From Planctomycetota bacterium (GTDB taxonomy: Bacteria > Planctomycetota > GCA-002687715 > DRQF01), in the NCBI GenBank assembly GCA_027001995.1, contig JALTLO010000093.1:1-17127 (forward strand): a DNA stretch of 17,127 bases, given 5' to 3'. Position numbers and translations under genes: made by a program. A model generated the notes under the pieces. That model was not told the DNA's origin and made no database searches. It saw only the letters and a list, made by a program, of their open reading frames with translations. Positions 1-7,992 of the stretch are shown piece by piece. The first letter of the stretch is position 1. Each line of letters starts with the position of its first letter.

Positions 1-613
1 ACCATGAACAGGGAATTCTCCATAGAACAGAGCTAGCGAATCCAGCCGATAGAAGGCCGACGAAAGCCAAGAGGTCATGGGCCGTGGCGTATTTTCTCAC
101 CAGAATTTCGTGAGATTCAAGAGCGAAGCAAATGTATGTTGCCAGAAGAAAGAACAGGCCGAAGACTTTATGAGGGTGCTCGCGCCTTCTTGCCGAGCCA
201 ATCAAATTCTGCCCGATGAAAAACAGGCAAAGAACAAACGCCATGATAGCGATGGCTTGAGCCCAAGGTTGCCATATTTGAGCGGAGATCCAATTGCCCT
301 CGAATAGGCCTTTTATCGAAGAAAAACTGAGGACGGTGATGGCCATAACAACCGGCAACGTTGTCAATGCTGGGTTCTTGTGTGACCGGGAGCGCCCCCA
401 AAGAAGAAAAGGCCAAGAGACAATCTGGCTACCTAAGCCTGCGATAAGGCCGATGCCGAGAAGAAGGCCCCAGTCGGCACTTGAAGTGCTGGTGTGTTGG
501 ACGAGCCGAAGACTCTCTACTCCCATCCAGCAGAGGGCTACACCCAAGCCGAAAGCCCCGGCGGAGGAGGCTGTTTCAGCGACCGATTGTTTTCGTGAAA
601 GGCTCGTATTCAT
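1..613 (-). CDS. Multi-pass membrane protein, N-terminal part only (runs off the left edge); C-terminal function not visible
   Basis: Not in the ORF track; translated by hand. ATG at 613 (in-frame GTG at 619) opens a frame with no stop down to base 2: MNTSLSRKQSVAETASSAGAFGLGVALCWMGVESLRL...WGLLLGIGLIAGLGSQIVSWPFLLW...AIAIMAFVLCLFFIGQNL...VFGLFFLLATYICFAL...LLAFVGLLSAGFASSVLWRIPCSW. About six hydrophobic segments. Starts 44 bp after the phosphatase stop on the same strand. Confidence 0.8.
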   Translation of the reverse strand, partial: MNTSLSRKQSVAETASSAGAFGLGVALCWMGVESLRLVQHTSTSSADWGLLLGIGLIAGLGSQIVSWPFLLWGRSRSHKNPALTTLPVVMAITVLSFSSIKGLFEGNWISAQIWQPWAQAIAIMAFVLCLFFIGQNLIGSARRREHPHKVFGLFFLLATYICFALESHEILVRKYATAHDLLAFVGLLSAGFASSVLWRIPCSW

Positions 614-657
614 GGTCACGATTTCAGCACAATTCTCAAATTACCGCGAGCCCGAAT

Positions 658-2982
658 CTAGTTGAGAATGCGAAAGCGAATGGCATTAAAGGTTTGAGCC
701 ATTCCGGGGCCGGTGAGGATGAAACCGTGGAAAGTATAGACACCAGGAAATCCAATCCCAGGGTTGGTGGCGAACCAAGGAGCCGGCGATGTGAAAGCAA
801 TCGCACCCGGCAACCCTAGTAAGGTATCACCTACTAAGAAACTGAGGGGGGCATGGACTCCGAGAATTGCAGGTGGAAATACCATGGACCCAACTCCAGC
901 CGGGAGGCTGTAAACATCTTCCGGACGGGGCGTTCCTGTATAACCGAATAAGGTGAATGGGGCACCGCTGCTTCCATTGGGCAGGGATGGCTCTTTGATC
1001 TCAAAAGAGAATGGTTCATTGATTCTTACATCGACGCTTCGTCCGAACCCCCCATCAGACCCGTTGATAAAGAACAAACTCTCGGCCTCTCCGGTACTAT
1101 TCAAGACAGTACCGGCTGCCTCTGGGGCAAGAGAAGAGCGGGCGCCCTCGATGTAGATCCCACCATCAAAGAAAAGATCGGGGCTCATGGGACCGTCTTG
1201 GTGCACTTCGATGGCCAGGGTGTTTAGGCCTTGTTGCAACAAGGGAATGGACGCGTTGAGGTCGACTCTTTCTAAGACATCGGCCTCGTGATTCATGGCG
1301 AGGGTCGTGTAGGTCGGTGTGCCACCCGGCATCGAATCCGAACGGGCCACTTCAGTACCATTGAGGTACATGACGTAACCGTCATCAAATAGGACTGCGG
1401 CTTCAAATAGATCGATCTCACTTGTTTTCAAGTCGACGAAAAACGTGCGCCGTAGGTAGGTGGTCGGGTTGACTTGGTTTGGATTATTGCCGCTAGACAC
1501 GATGGTGTTCAGATTTGGCGCTCCGAACCCCAATGGTGCCATACCGAGGGACCAGGAAGAATCGTCGAAATTTGGTTGTATCCAGGATGTCCCCAGGTCA
1601 GTGCCACTGTCTTCGAATCGCCATGATTGCTGTTGTAAGACCGGGAGGTGACTAGTTTGTACAGGGGTTACACCGTTCTTGACGATGGAGAAGAAGTCTG
1701 CCAGGACACCTGTGTGGCCGATGTAGCGGGCGTCGAGTTGGTTCTCCCTTATGTCTAAAACCAAGGATCCCAGGAGAGGGATTGTCACCAAACTTGTGGG
1801 ATGGTCTAGAGTGCCTGAACCAATGCCCAGACTCCCGGAAGCCCCGGAAACCACGTAAACTGTGCCATCGAGACTACCCATAGCCGTGATTTCCTTGCGG
1901 TAACCACCTCCTAATCCAATGCGGCCATCCAAGCCGGAGACGGTGTGAAGCGCTGGATCGAATGTGGATGACAAGCCGTAGTGTCCGGAGACCAAGAAGC
2001 TCCTCTCGTAGGCGTGGCTATGAGCGGACAGGACTAAGTCGACACCGGCGTTTTCTAAGATGGGTAAGAAAACTTGGCGCATGTCTGTTGATTCTATTCC
2101 GGTATCAGAATCGTGTGATCCTTTGCTATAGGGGGGATGGTGCCAGAAAGCGATGGTCCAGGTGAGCGTATTGGCGGCCAAGTCAGCTTGCAGCCAGGTG
2201 GCCATGGCGCCACTAACAGTCCGGTCGAGGGTTTGGGAGTCTAAAACAACAAAGTGAATGTCGCCTCGGTCGAAGGAATAATAGGCCTCCGTACCCGATG
2301 CCAATCCTCCGGCTTCGCCATTGGCGGGCAGGTCGAAGATGTCGAAATAGGGACCTGATTCTGTGGCTCCATCCGAACTGAGAGCATCATGATTTCCCAA
2401 GGTTGGCCAGACGACGGTTTTCTTTAGGATCGCTTCGTACATGTTTTCAAACATGGCGTACTGATACTGTAAGTCGGTTCCGTCCAAATAGGCATTGTCG
2501 CCCAGGAGGATCATGAGATCAGTCCCGCGGTCGCCGACATAATTGTAGTAGCTGTCCCGCACAGCCCGGGCATTCGCATCGGCAGTGCCTGAATCACCTA
2601 GAACCCAAACGCGGGTTGGTTTGGCTGTCCCAGTTGCCGGGGGTGTACGAAATACATGGTCGCTATCTGCCCCTGCCAAAGTGCCCGAGGATGTTGAAGC
2701 GATGGCATAGAAAACCTCGCTATCAGGAGTAAGCCCAGAAAGTGTCACTTTGTGATCAATAGCAAGAGCTGAATTCGATACGGTGTTTGTGAGAGCACCT
2801 GGGGATCCACCGTAGTGAACAATACTGTCGCTGAGAATGTCGGTCCGCCAGCAGACGGTGATTGCCGTGGATGTGCCTTTTTGCAAATAGGGCCCGCGAA
2901 GGACGACAGGTGTTTGGCTCCAGAGCGACGGAAGGGTCAAGCAGACCAACAACACAAAGGAATAAGCGCTAAGACGGGTCAT
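658..2982 (-). CDS. Secreted purple-acid-phosphatase-like (calcineurin-like) metallophosphoesterase: signal peptide, FN3-like PAP N-terminal domain, catalytic domain, jelly-roll/CBM-like domain, C-terminal domain of unknown function
   Basis: Signal peptide MTRLSAYSFVLLVCLTLPSLWSQ. RGPYLQ...ITVCWRT...HKVTLSGLTPDSEVFYAI is the PAP N-terminal domain. Metal motifs: GDSG, GDNAY, GNHD, WHHPPY, AHSH. Then WRFEDSG...FDDSSW...APLGFG...YLRRTF...DDGYVMYLNGTEV...NTLAIEVHQ, a jelly-roll module. Confidence 0.9.
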   Translation of the reverse strand: MTRLSAYSFVLLVCLTLPSLWSQTPVVLRGPYLQKGTSTAITVCWRTDILSDSIVHYGGSPGALTNTVSNSALAIDHKVTLSGLTPDSEVFYAIASTSSGTLAGADSDHVFRTPPATGTAKPTRVWVLGDSGTADANARAVRDSYYNYVGDRGTDLMILLGDNAYLDGTDLQYQYAMFENMYEAILKKTVVWPTLGNHDALSSDGATESGPYFDIFDLPANGEAGGLASGTEAYYSFDRGDIHFVVLDSQTLDRTVSGAMATWLQADLAANTLTWTIAFWHHPPYSKGSHDSDTGIESTDMRQVFLPILENAGVDLVLSAHSHAYERSFLVSGHYGLSSTFDPALHTVSGLDGRIGLGGGYRKEITAMGSLDGTVYVVSGASGSLGIGSGTLDHPTSLVTIPLLGSLVLDIRENQLDARYIGHTGVLADFFSIVKNGVTPVQTSHLPVLQQQSWRFEDSGTDLGTSWIQPNFDDSSWSLGMAPLGFGAPNLNTIVSSGNNPNQVNPTTYLRRTFFVDLKTSEIDLFEAAVLFDDGYVMYLNGTEVARSDSMPGGTPTYTTLAMNHEADVLERVDLNASIPLLQQGLNTLAIEVHQDGPMSPDLFFDGGIYIEGARSSLAPEAAGTVLNSTGEAESLFFINGSDGGFGRSVDVRINEPFSFEIKEPSLPNGSSGAPFTLFGYTGTPRPEDVYSLPAGVGSMVFPPAILGVHAPLSFLVGDTLLGLPGAIAFTSPAPWFATNPGIGFPGVYTFHGFILTGPGMAQTFNAIRFRILN

Positions 2983-3135
2983 GGAACAATAGCTCTACTG
3001 TGGCGAGTCGACAAAATTCATGTTGGAAACCAAGGGGCAGGGTCGAGCCTACCACGGGGTTTCAATCCGCGCCACTCTTGAGTCATTCTCTTGAACGCTG
3101 ATTGAGCCAGAATCGCTTCCGAGATTCCTCTCGCC

Positions 3136-3501
3136 CTAATGACCTCCTGATCTTTTACCCTGCAAACCGCGCTTGGCAAGTGCTTTTTCGATCTTGTCCC
3201 GGTGGTCACCTTGGATCTCGATGACGCCGTCTTTGATCGCCCCTCCGCTGCCACATGTTTTCTTGAGTTGTTTAGCTAACGCCTTGAGCTCAATGATGTT
3301 GAGAGGAAGCCCACTTATCGTGCTGACGGCTTTTCCCCCTCGTCCTTTTGATTCGAAACCGATCCGGATGTTGAGACCGTCAGGAATTTCTTCCTGATGA
3401 TGAGGGCATTGGCACTTGTCGACCGCCTGACCACATTGCGGACAAAGTTGGCCGTCTTCGCTGCTAAATACGGGGCGAGAATTGGAGTCAAGTGGTTTCA
3501 T
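3136..3501 (-). CDS. yciH: Translation initiation factor SUI1/eIF1-family protein (YciH)
   Basis: KGRGGKAVSTISGL...LKKTCGSGGAIKDGVIEIQGDHRD is the SUI1 signature. N-terminal CPQC...CQC cluster. AGGA upstream of the ATG. Confidence 0.93.
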   Translation of the reverse strand: MKPLDSNSRPVFSSEDGQLCPQCGQAVDKCQCPHHQEEIPDGLNIRIGFESKGRGGKAVSTISGLPLNIIELKALAKQLKKTCGSGGAIKDGVIEIQGDHRDKIEKALAKRGLQGKRSGGH

Positions 3502-3631
3502 GGTCGCGTATCCTGATACTGTTCAGCTACCACACAATAGGCCGCGACAACGGAAAACCAACTCATTTGCACCCTGGATTTTATTCTAATAGAAGTAGAA
3601 GGTGCAATTTCTTTTCATTGAGGGAGTTGGA

Positions 3632-4183
3632 ATGGACAACGGACCGGAAATTGCTACAGCAAGGCTCAGAATAGGCAGGATGACCGTGGGGGACGCAGAG
3701 GCCTTTCACGGTTATCGCTCGAATCCTGCGGTGCATGCTCATTTGTCATTCGTCCCCTCGGACTTGGCGGACTCTCGAGAATTCTTGAGAGGTTTCGAGT
3801 CTGTCCAGTTTGACACTCCGGATACTTGGTTTCAGCTGGGAGTATATTTGGCTGATACGGGTATTCTTATCGGAGACATGGGAGTTCATTTCCTAGACTC
3901 GGGATCTCAGTCGGTTGAGATCGGCTATGCGGTTGCGCCCCAGTATCAGGGACTTGGCTACGGTCAGGAGGCTGTAGGGGGATTGCTTCAATTTTCCTTC
4001 GAGACCCTTGGAAAACGCAAGGTTCAAGCTTCTGTTGATCCGAGTAACGAGGCTTCCATCGCTTTGCTCAAACGCCTGGGCATGACCCAAGAATCCCATC
4101 ACCCTTCGAGCCTTTGCTTCAAAGGCGCTTGGGTTGATGACATGATTTTCGCCTTGCTGCGAAAGGATTGGATAAAAGCTTGA
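3632..4183 (+). CDS. GNAT N-acetyltransferase, RimJ/RimL family
   Basis: IATARLRI...D, LIGDMG, VEIGYAVAPQYQGLGYGQEA (acetyl-CoA motif A), NEASIALLKRLGM, WVDDMIFALLRKDW. Start moved from the track's GTG 3602 to ATG 3632, which follows a GAGGGAG ribosome-binding site. Confidence 0.9.
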   Translation: MDNGPEIATARLRIGRMTVGDAEAFHGYRSNPAVHAHLSFVPSDLADSREFLRGFESVQFDTPDTWFQLGVYLADTGILIGDMGVHFLDSGSQSVEIGYAVAPQYQGLGYGQEAVGGLLQFSFETLGKRKVQASVDPSNEASIALLKRLGMTQESHHPSSLCFKGAWVDDMIFALLRKDWIKA

Positions 4184-4185
4184 CC

Positions 4186-7100
4186 TTAGTTGCCCTGAGG
4201 CTTCGTGAATCCGATTTCAGCAATGGCGGCAAAGGGGATATCATCATAGGTGTCGAGAACACGCAACAAGACGAAGCGACCACTTTTGGCCTTGAAACTC
4301 TTTTCTTGGGGGTTTCTCTCTCGATCGAATCGATCCCTGAGGACAAGGTGTTCGAATTCCTTGCCATCATCGCTGAGATAAAGTTCGAACTCCTTCACGA
4401 ATCCTCGTTTGCCTTTTTGCCTAGCAAGGTAGCGAATGCCGTTGACCGTGTGATCGGATCCAAGATCAATGACCAGGTCTTTGTTGGTCCTCAAGTCATT
4501 GTTCTTTGATTCGCAGATCCACAAGGTGTTGGCGTCTCCATCGAATGCGTTGATGCCGCTTCTTTTGGTGTGGACTTGGTCGCCGTGTTGAGGGAGCCAC
4601 TTCCATTGACCTCGGGGAAGGAGGTTCTCACGGGGAATGTAGGGTGTTGTCGCCCACCTTGGTTGCGAAACTCTTGCGGTCGGGACCATGGGGAAGTCTA
4701 TTGATTCCCTGTGCTCGGATGTCATGATCTTCGCTACGTGCCAAAGTATCTCAGGATGTCGGAGACGAAGATCGTGAAGTTCTTGAGGGTCGCTTTCGAG
4801 GTCGAAAAGGCTGATTCTTCTGGAGGGATTGCGGCGATGAGCTTTCCAATTGCCGAATCTCACGACTTGGTGTCGGCCGCCATTTTCCCAATAGAGTTGC
4901 TGATGAGCTTCTTGCTCAGCAGGTTCGTTCAAGAAGGTGGGGGTGAGGGTGTGACCGTCGAGTCCTTTGACTTCCGGGATTTGTGCGACGTCCACGAGAG
5001 TGGGTAGAATGTCCCAGAAGGCTGAGACATGATCACTCCGGCTTTGGGGCGCAATCATACCAGGCCACCAAGCGATCATCGGAACACGAATGCCTCCTTC
5101 GAAGAGCGTTGATTTGATCCCACGGAAGGGGCCCGTGCTGCGGAAGAACAGGGCGTCTCCTCCTCCGTCCCAGTTAGGGCCATTGTCGCTGGAGAAGATG
5201 ACCAGAGTGTCTTGGGCGATGCCCATCTTCTTCAGATGGTGGAGAATACGCCCCAGGCCTTGGTCCATTCGTGAGACCATGGCGGCATAGGTCGCCCGGG
5301 GTTGAGCTTGAGGGCGATACCTGGGGCCCATGTAGGGTTTCTCGTCCCATTTGCCCTGGTATTTTCGGAGAGAGTCCTGGGGCACTTCCAAAGCAGCATG
5401 GGGGGAATTCAACGATAGATGAAGGAAGAAAGGCTGCCCGTCCCGGCGCCTATCAATGAAGTTGAGAGCCTCTTCAAGAAAGAGGTCGTCGTCGAAAGAA
5501 GTTCGTCTGCCACTTTGGTTTCCCAGGATTTGGATGCTTCGAGCATTTCGCCAAAGGGCTGGTGGATAGTGGTTCTCTGACTCCCTTTCTCCTAAATGAC
5601 CGTAGAAGTAGTGGAATCCTTGTTTGTTGGGAGTCCCTGTTGAGCCAGGCCCTCCTAAACTCCATTTACCAATCATTCCAGTTCGATAGCCGACTTGGGC
5701 GAGAAGGGTGGCGATGGTTTTGGAATTGGCAGGCAGCGTCGCGTGTTTTTTTCGGGGATCCAGGCGGTTGTCACGAATGGGAGCGTGCCCCGGGTGCAAG
5801 CCTAACATCAAGGCACAACGTGATGGCACTCCACTACCGGAGCCAGCATAGTGCTGGGTGAAGACCATGCCTTCTTTGGCCATGTCATCAAGAAATGGTG
5901 TCTCGATTTTCTTCTGGCCATAACAACCTAGGTCGCCATAGCCTAGGTCATCTCCTAAGATGTAGATGATGTTGGGGCGTTTTCGTGCCGCGATTTTCTT
6001 CTTGGTCTTAGCTCTCTCTGGTGTTGGAGAGCGGCGGATTGGGTCCGAGCGAAAAGGCTTGCCACCGGTGTCTTGCCACCATTGGTAGGCCATCTGCTCC
6101 ATTTCTTGTTTGCGTTCTCTGTGTTCAGCTAAGTGGGCCAGGTTCTTGAGTTCATAGGGATCATTGTCAAGATCATAGAGGTCTTCATCGCCGGCTTTGC
6201 GCTCTGGGAAATCTGCGAGGAGCGATTTGATGCGAAAGAAACCGTCATTTTCCTTGGATCTGACATCCTTGAGGTATCGGATATACTTCCATCGGTCATC
6301 CCGTGTGTAGATGGCATAAGCATCTCGTTCGGGCGCTTCGTCATCAATCGTTGACACTGCTGGATAGATGACGCCGCTGAGAAATTTTCGACCTTCTTCC
6401 TTATGGCCTTCGATCAGTCCTCGGAGGTTGCGCCCGGGGATCTCCGGTGGGGCATTTATGCCAGCGTATGAAAGCAAGGTGGGGAAGAGGTCAAGAGTAC
6501 TCACCAGCACGTTGCTATGACGCCCCTGGGGAATGTGTCCAGGCCAACTGACGATGATAGGTGTTTGTAACCCCTTCTCAAAAGCTGTTCCTTTTGAGGA
6601 CAAGCCATTGCACCAACCATTGTCAATCAGAAAAACTACAACGGTGTTTTCCGTGAGTTTTTTACTGCGAAGCTTTTCCATCAGCTCTTCGATGCCCTCA
6701 TCCAACCAGGAGGTGGATGCCAAGAGTTGGTGTTCCATATTGCGGAAGAAGGCGTCGCCCCCTCGGATCCAAGGGGGAATCGAAAACAACTTTGGCTGAT
6801 AGAGATCCAAGAAACGCTGGGGTGCATTGTGGGGCGTGTGGGGTAGCTTCGGGGCCCACCACATGAAGAAAGGTTTCTTGCCTCCGACCTCATCGAGAAA
6901 ATGCAAGGCGTCTTCCTGGTCAGAACGAACAAAGTGGGCTGAAGTGTTCCCTTTGCTGTGGGTGAAACCCAGGGCCCCAGCGTCGCCCTCCCAAAACTTC
7001 CCTGAACCGAATGTCGCATAGCCGGCGTCACGAAGTAACATCGGTAGAGAGTTGTTCCCCTTGAGTTTCTTGAGACCGTGATTGTAGTAGATTCCACTTT

Positions 7101-7404
7101 GATGCGGGTAAAGCCCGCTCAGCATGCTGGCCAAAGTCGCCCGGCATCGGGACATCGGCAAATGAGCGCGATGCAAAACACAGCCCGAAGCCGCCAATGC
7201 ATCCATGGCTGGTGTCTTGGCAAATGGGTGGCCGATGAAACCGAAATGCTCGTAGTCTTGGTCATCGGAGATAATGAGCACAATGTTGGGCCGCTGGGGG
7301 GAATCCTTAGGATCTTGGATGGGACTTTGACCCCACAATGATGTGCCCACGAAAATGGAGGCGAGAAGAGCAGCTGCTCTGTGCTTGAATTCTCTGCCCC
7401 TCAC
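4186..7404 (-). CDS. Secreted tandem S1 (formylglycine-type) sulfatase-fold protein: two sulfatase domains plus a C-terminal F5/8 type C (discoidin/CBM32-like) domain; both active-site motifs non-canonical
   Basis: Domain 1: [12 protein letters not shown]...[18 protein letters not shown]...GKFW...PHTPH...DNG...[15 protein letters not shown]. Domain 2: [18 protein letters not shown]...[11 protein letters not shown]...GKW...SPHAAL...SSDNG...[14 protein letters not shown]...[11 protein letters not shown]-terminus: [10 protein letters not shown]...IDLG...GIRYLAR...YLSDDG...AAIAEI. Start placed at GTG 7404 rather than the track's 7434: it overlaps the DUF3465 TGA as GTGA, follows AAGGA, and gives a clean signal peptide [25 protein letters not shown]. 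Confidence 0.9.
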   Translation of the reverse strand: MRGREFKHRAAALLASIFVGTSLWGQSPIQDPKDSPQRPNIVLIISDDQDYEHFGFIGHPFAKTPAMDALAASGCVLHRAHLPMSRCRATLASMLSGLYPHQSGIYYNHGLKKLKGNNSLPMLLRDAGYATFGSGKFWEGDAGALGFTHSKGNTSAHFVRSDQEDALHFLDEVGGKKPFFMWWAPKLPHTPHNAPQRFLDLYQPKLFSIPPWIRGGDAFFRNMEHQLLASTSWLDEGIEELMEKLRSKKLTENTVVVFLIDNGWCNGLSSKGTAFEKGLQTPIIVSWPGHIPQGRHSNVLVSTLDLFPTLLSYAGINAPPEIPGRNLRGLIEGHKEEGRKFLSGVIYPAVSTIDDEAPERDAYAIYTRDDRWKYIRYLKDVRSKENDGFFRIKSLLADFPERKAGDEDLYDLDNDPYELKNLAHLAEHRERKQEMEQMAYQWWQDTGGKPFRSDPIRRSPTPERAKTKKKIAARKRPNIIYILGDDLGYGDLGCYGQKKIETPFLDDMAKEGMVFTQHYAGSGSGVPSRCALMLGLHPGHAPIRDNRLDPRKKHATLPANSKTIATLLAQVGYRTGMIGKWSLGGPGSTGTPNKQGFHYFYGHLGERESENHYPPALWRNARSIQILGNQSGRRTSFDDDLFLEEALNFIDRRRDGQPFFLHLSLNSPHAALEVPQDSLRKYQGKWDEKPYMGPRYRPQAQPRATYAAMVSRMDQGLGRILHHLKKMGIAQDTLVIFSSDNGPNWDGGGDALFFRSTGPFRGIKSTLFEGGIRVPMIAWWPGMIAPQSRSDHVSAFWDILPTLVDVAQIPEVKGLDGHTLTPTFLNEPAEQEAHQQLYWENGGRHQVVRFGNWKAHRRNPSRRISLFDLESDPQELHDLRLRHPEILWHVAKIMTSEHRESIDFPMVPTARVSQPRWATTPYIPRENLLPRGQWKWLPQHGDQVHTKRSGINAFDGDANTLWICESKNNDLRTNKDLVIDLGSDHTVNGIRYLARQKGKRGFVKEFELYLSDDGKEFEHLVLRDRFDRERNPQEKSFKAKSGRFVLLRVLDTYDDIPFAAIAEIGFTKPQGN

Positions 7405-7832
7405 TTGTATTCCTTGCCGTCTAGCATAATCCATCCTCCTGGGCGGCGGCCTCCTGGGTCATGGTGGGTCCAGTGAAGAACGCCCCCGCGGTCGGTCCAT
7501 TCATACTCGCCTCGGATTTTCACTAAGTCGCCGGTTTTCAGGGGAACTCTTGGGGCTAAGGAAATATTGTGGGACACCAAGACCGTTCGGCCGCCGGGGA
7601 ATGTGAGGATGAACTTTTGGTGCTTGGATCCTTTGAGGTCATCTTTGAGGAGCTTCTTCACGCGCCCTTCAACTTCTACAACAACGTCTGACTTCTTCGC
7701 TGTATAGAGATCTTCAATAACTGTGGCCGAGTCCCCTAAGTTGGAACCCTGCCCTTTTCTTTCTTGCCATTGTGTCCAAGCCGCGGCAAGCACCAGGACA
7801 ATGACGAATCCAGCACGGGTTAATTTCGACAT
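7401..7832 (-). CDS. DUF3465 family protein with N-terminal signal/anchor
   Basis: [18 protein letters not shown]...[15 protein letters not shown]...GD.V..RGEYEW...[17 protein letters not shown] matches my recollection of the DUF3465 consensus. GAGGAG upstream. Confidence 0.85.
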   Translation of the reverse strand: MSKLTRAGFVIVLVLAAAWTQWQERKGQGSNLGDSATVIEDLYTAKKSDVVVEVEGRVKKLLKDDLKGSKHQKFILTFPGGRTVLVSHNISLAPRVPLKTGDLVKIRGEYEWTDRGGVLHWTHHDPGGRRPGGWIMLDGKEYK

Positions 7833-7868
7833 GGCTCATGAATCTCCTCAGGGTTTGACCATGGTGGC

Positions 7869-7897
7869 AGTCTAAGGGGGCGTTCGAGTTTCACCAA
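7869..7897 (-). promoter_or_regulatory. Possible sigma70 promoter for the DUF3465-sulfatase unit
   Basis: Minus strand TTGGTG-N17-TAGACT (-10 at 7874..7869). Consensus match only. Confidence 0.3.
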
Positions 7898-7940
7898 TAG
7901 TTTTGCTCCCTCGAATGGGAGATATACTTCCATGATGACT

Positions 7941-7960
7941 CCCTCTTTCAAGAAAGAGGG
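7941..7960. repeat. Perfect 9-bp inverted repeat CCCTCTTTC-AA-GAAAGAGGG in the divergent intergenic region upstream of selO
   Basis: Read directly from the sequence. It lies just downstream of a TATACT -10-like hexamer (7923..7928). Confidence 0.7.
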
Positions 7961-7992
7961 TTCACGGACGGCAATTACCATGAGGATGCTCT

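Noticed and set aside
77..819. Track ORFs 77..307, 168..416, 294..665 and 481..819
   Set aside because: Antisense or out-of-frame shadows of the membrane-protein gene at <1..613 and the phosphatase 3' end; no motifs.
2983..3135. Intergenic region upstream of the phosphatase, examined for a Pho box, tRNA or riboswitch; contains CTCTTGA twice
   Set aside because: The repeat has 13-bp periodicity and does not resemble the 11-bp PhoB repeat; no cloverleaf or aptamer consensus is recognisable.
3567..3607. Inverted repeat TTGCACC...GGTGCAA upstream of the GNAT gene, considered as a CIRCE element
   Set aside because: The arms and 27-nt spacer do not match TTAGCACTC-N9-GAGTGCTAA; a 7-bp arm at that distance can arise by chance.
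4168..7341. Plus-strand ORFs antisense to the sulfatase
   Set aside because: Codon-symmetry shadows with no ribosome-binding sites or motifs.
7833..7862. Upstream ATGs of DUF3465 (7862, in frame but followed by two TGAs; 7839, out of frame)
   Set aside because: Readthrough of two stops is implausible and the ORF from 7832 already has a complete signal sequence; there is no evidence the tiny ORFs are functional.
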